From: Chiloscyllium plagiosum | Lineage: Eukaryota | Assembly (NCBI RefSeq): GCF_004010195.1 | Contig: NC_057756.1 | Location: 8,938,320-9,002,319, forward strand | Reading direction: 5' to 3' | DNA: 64,000 bases | Shown here: one piece after another, positions 61,411-64,000 of the stretch | Position numbering within the stretch: position 1 is the stretch's first letter | Layout: every line of letters begins with the position of its first letter | Translations under genes and position numbers: made by a program | The notes under the pieces: model-generated | The model's database searches: none | The model's input: only the letters and a program-made list of their open reading frames with translations | Told to the model about the DNA's origin: nothing

Positions 61411-64000
61411 AAAATGTGATTCAAACTGCTGTCAAGTTGCTTCGTTATGCCAAATGTCCAGCACAAGTTGCTTTTACTTGAAGATCCTCAATGTCTGAGC
61501 TTTAGCTTTCTCCCAGAAATGAAAGCAGCGAGTTCCTGATCAGAGATCCAACATCACAATGTAACCATGTGAAGCTTGGGATGTAATGTATCGGCAGGGA
61601 TGTTATATCTACTTATTCCAGGTGACCCATCTGACCAGGTTTTTGGGCTCCTTGGAAGCAGGTTGGTAGTAAAGAAGGCAAATGTTATGTTGAACTTCTT
61701 AGTGAGAGGAGTTGACTAGGAGGAATTGTGTGTAGGAGCAGTGATGACTTGCTGCAATTACACAGGACCTTGGTGAATACCACATCCGTGTAGTTTTGGT
61801 CTCTTCACCGGAAAAAGATATTCTTGTTATACAGTGAGTGCAGTGAATGTTTATCACACTGATTCCTGGGAGGGCAGGAGTTATGTCCAGAAAGCAAGGA
61901 GATCGGTTACGAATAATTTACTGCAATTTAGAAGAATTATAGTGGGTCAGGGTGAGGGTTGGAGGAAGAAGGAGGTGGTACAGGTCTCAGAAACCTACAG
62001 GGCTAGACAGGTTGGTTTAATCTTGCTCCTATCTCTATGTTTTAATATTTTGATGTAAAACCTGATGTCCTCACCTGGTCTGGTCTCTATGTGATTGCAG
62101 TCCTCTATTATCTCCCCAATGACTTACTTGGAATTTCAGTTTGTATCAAACCAATGAAGAGAAAAAAAAATTAAACCGAACAGACCACTGGCTATGACTC
62201 TGACTCTGAATCAGGTCACAACAAAGAAACATCCAGCACAGTCTTAGGGAAAGTCCCTTCAGTCAGGATCCTGGTTTCCAGGTTGGGAGACTATGTCACA
62301 GAGTCTGAATTCCCTGTGCATCTCACACTGCACTATTACCACCTCAGGTCGTAACTGATCTCACCAGCGGTGGACAGTCAGGAGGGAGAGGTGATCGGTC
62401 TCCTCAACCTTGACTTTGAGCCCCATGAAGACTCTCAGCCTCGGATCAAACATGGACCTGGAAACCTCCTGCTGGTTCTCAGCTACTTCCCTCCCTTATC
62501 TGATGAATCAGAATCAGTTCTCCTTCGTGCTGGACGTCATTTGTACAAAGCAGTGAGTATCACTTGGAAACAATTAGAGTGCCCACTACCAAGGGTTATT
62601 TTGTAAAAACACAACTGACGGAGCTGGCTGAGCCCTGAAGGACAGAGTTACCAAACTGGGATGATGGAAGGGGTTAACGGTGCTATAACATGCACATACC
62701 CCCTGAAACATGGTCCTTTCATCTTCAGATTAGAATAGATTCCCTAGTGCAGAAACAGGCCCTTCGGCCCAACAAGTCCACACAATGACCCTCCAAAGAC
62801 TAACCAACCCAGACCCATTTCCCTCTGACTAATGCACCTAACATTATGGGCAATTTACCATGGCGAATTTACCTGACCTGCACGTCTTTGGACTGTGGGA
62901 GGAAACCGGAGCAAATCCACACAGACACGGGGAGAATGTCTGTGTGGAGTTTGATGCTGAGAATCGAACCTGGGACCCTGGTGCACTGAGCCAACATGCC
63001 ACCCCACGGTGTTGGTGAACTGGAGACAGGCCAAGAGCCCCTCTCAAGCAGCCTTTGTGAGACCCAGTGCACTGACCATTAAAGTGCACCCCAGGATCCT
63101 ATGGGGTGGGGGTGGGTGGGAAGGGGGGGCCCGGATGTAAGCTGCTGGAAATGATCCTGCTCAGGGTCACTCTGGAAAACTTCCATTCTACCCTTCACAG
63201 TTAATGCAATCCTGTTGGAATTTTGATTCCCAATCCTGTTCCTGAACCCTCCTGATCAGTCTGACCGGAGCCTCATTCCTCCCTGGATGTGTTTCCCTAA
63301 AGCCTGAGAGTCTCTGAACATTTCTACAGTTTGTTTCACACCCCATACTAAACAGGTTTTCTTTAGGACAAGTTCTGACACCTGGACTGAACACACCTGT
63401 ATCAGGTAAATCTGTTTCTAGACTACTGCATGTGTTTTCAGCTCTTACATTGGATCATGCTGGATAGACAGGGAGGTTTGAAATGCTGAGAGAGATTTTA
63501 TCAAAGAATGACTGTGACAGTGAGTGGTGTGGGTCACTGTTGCCTGGAACTGGTTCTTAAGCTACTTGAAATTTTTATTTCAATTCCTGAGATTCACTTT
63601 TCTGTTCTTCAGATACAGAACTCTCTTGAAAACCAAAAGATCTGATGTTGTAACAAAAACAAAAACAGAAGTTGCCAGAAAAACTCAGCTGGTCTGGCAA
63701 CTTCTGTGGAGAGAAACCCGAGTTAACATTTCAGGTCAAGTGACTCTTCCGCAGAATTCAAAGAACTCTGAACGTGCTACCACTAGTATTAGTGTTTCCG
63801 GAATTCTGTGTAGGAACCAAGTGTACAATTTTAACCAAACCCCCATGACTGGTTTAAGTCAATGGAGGAGAACACAGACCCAGGAGGGAACCAGTGTTTC
63901 ATCCAGTCCTATGCCTTACTGATCAGCAAATTATTTTAAAATGTCCACTTTATTTCAGCAGCTGTTGGGTTTAATTAAAAAGGGAGACTGCCACTTGTCA
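61411..64000 (+). pseudogene. B7/BTN-like paralog C remnant (IgV 5' stub 61622-61665, linker exon 63367-63405, pre-TM intron at the window end)
   Basis: 61411-61665 aligns with 17477-17760; 63350-63480 aligns with 31945-32070; 63950-64000 aligns with 22655/33785; the IgV is truncated by CR1. Confidence 0.75.
62730..63010 (-). mobile_element. HE1-like V-SINE
   Basis: Same family as 58037-58345. Confidence 0.7.

Overview
This is vertebrate genomic DNA, almost certainly from a shark. It carries HE1-like V-SINEs, abundant CR1 LINEs and Penelope elements, and is mostly repeats. Host content is an immune Ig-superfamily cluster on the + strand. First come the 3' exons of an LRC/LILR-like receptor (Ig exon 1382-1678, TM exon 2980-3102). 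Next is a tandem family of B7/butyrophilin-type IgV genes. One copy looks intact (29170-38931: leader, IgV, Pro/Thr linker, IgV, TM and a short tail, ~327 aa, all splice phases compatible). One paralog is killed by transposons (16099-23057) and one is a remnant (61411 to the window end). Mobile content includes a full-length but decayed gamma-like (class I) endogenous retrovirus (47940-56654, minus strand) with a tRNA-Pro PBS and an MLV-like gag-pol readthrough pseudoknot. There are also a Tigger/pogo DNA transposon, L1-Tx1 fragments and a solo LTR. A 78-bp minisatellite follows the pseudogene TM exon. Many short fold-back Penelope-derived insertions have 13-17 bp TSDs and carry minimal hammerhead ribozyme motifs, often one on each strand. 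Coordinates were read by eye, and boundaries of degraded repeats are approximate.
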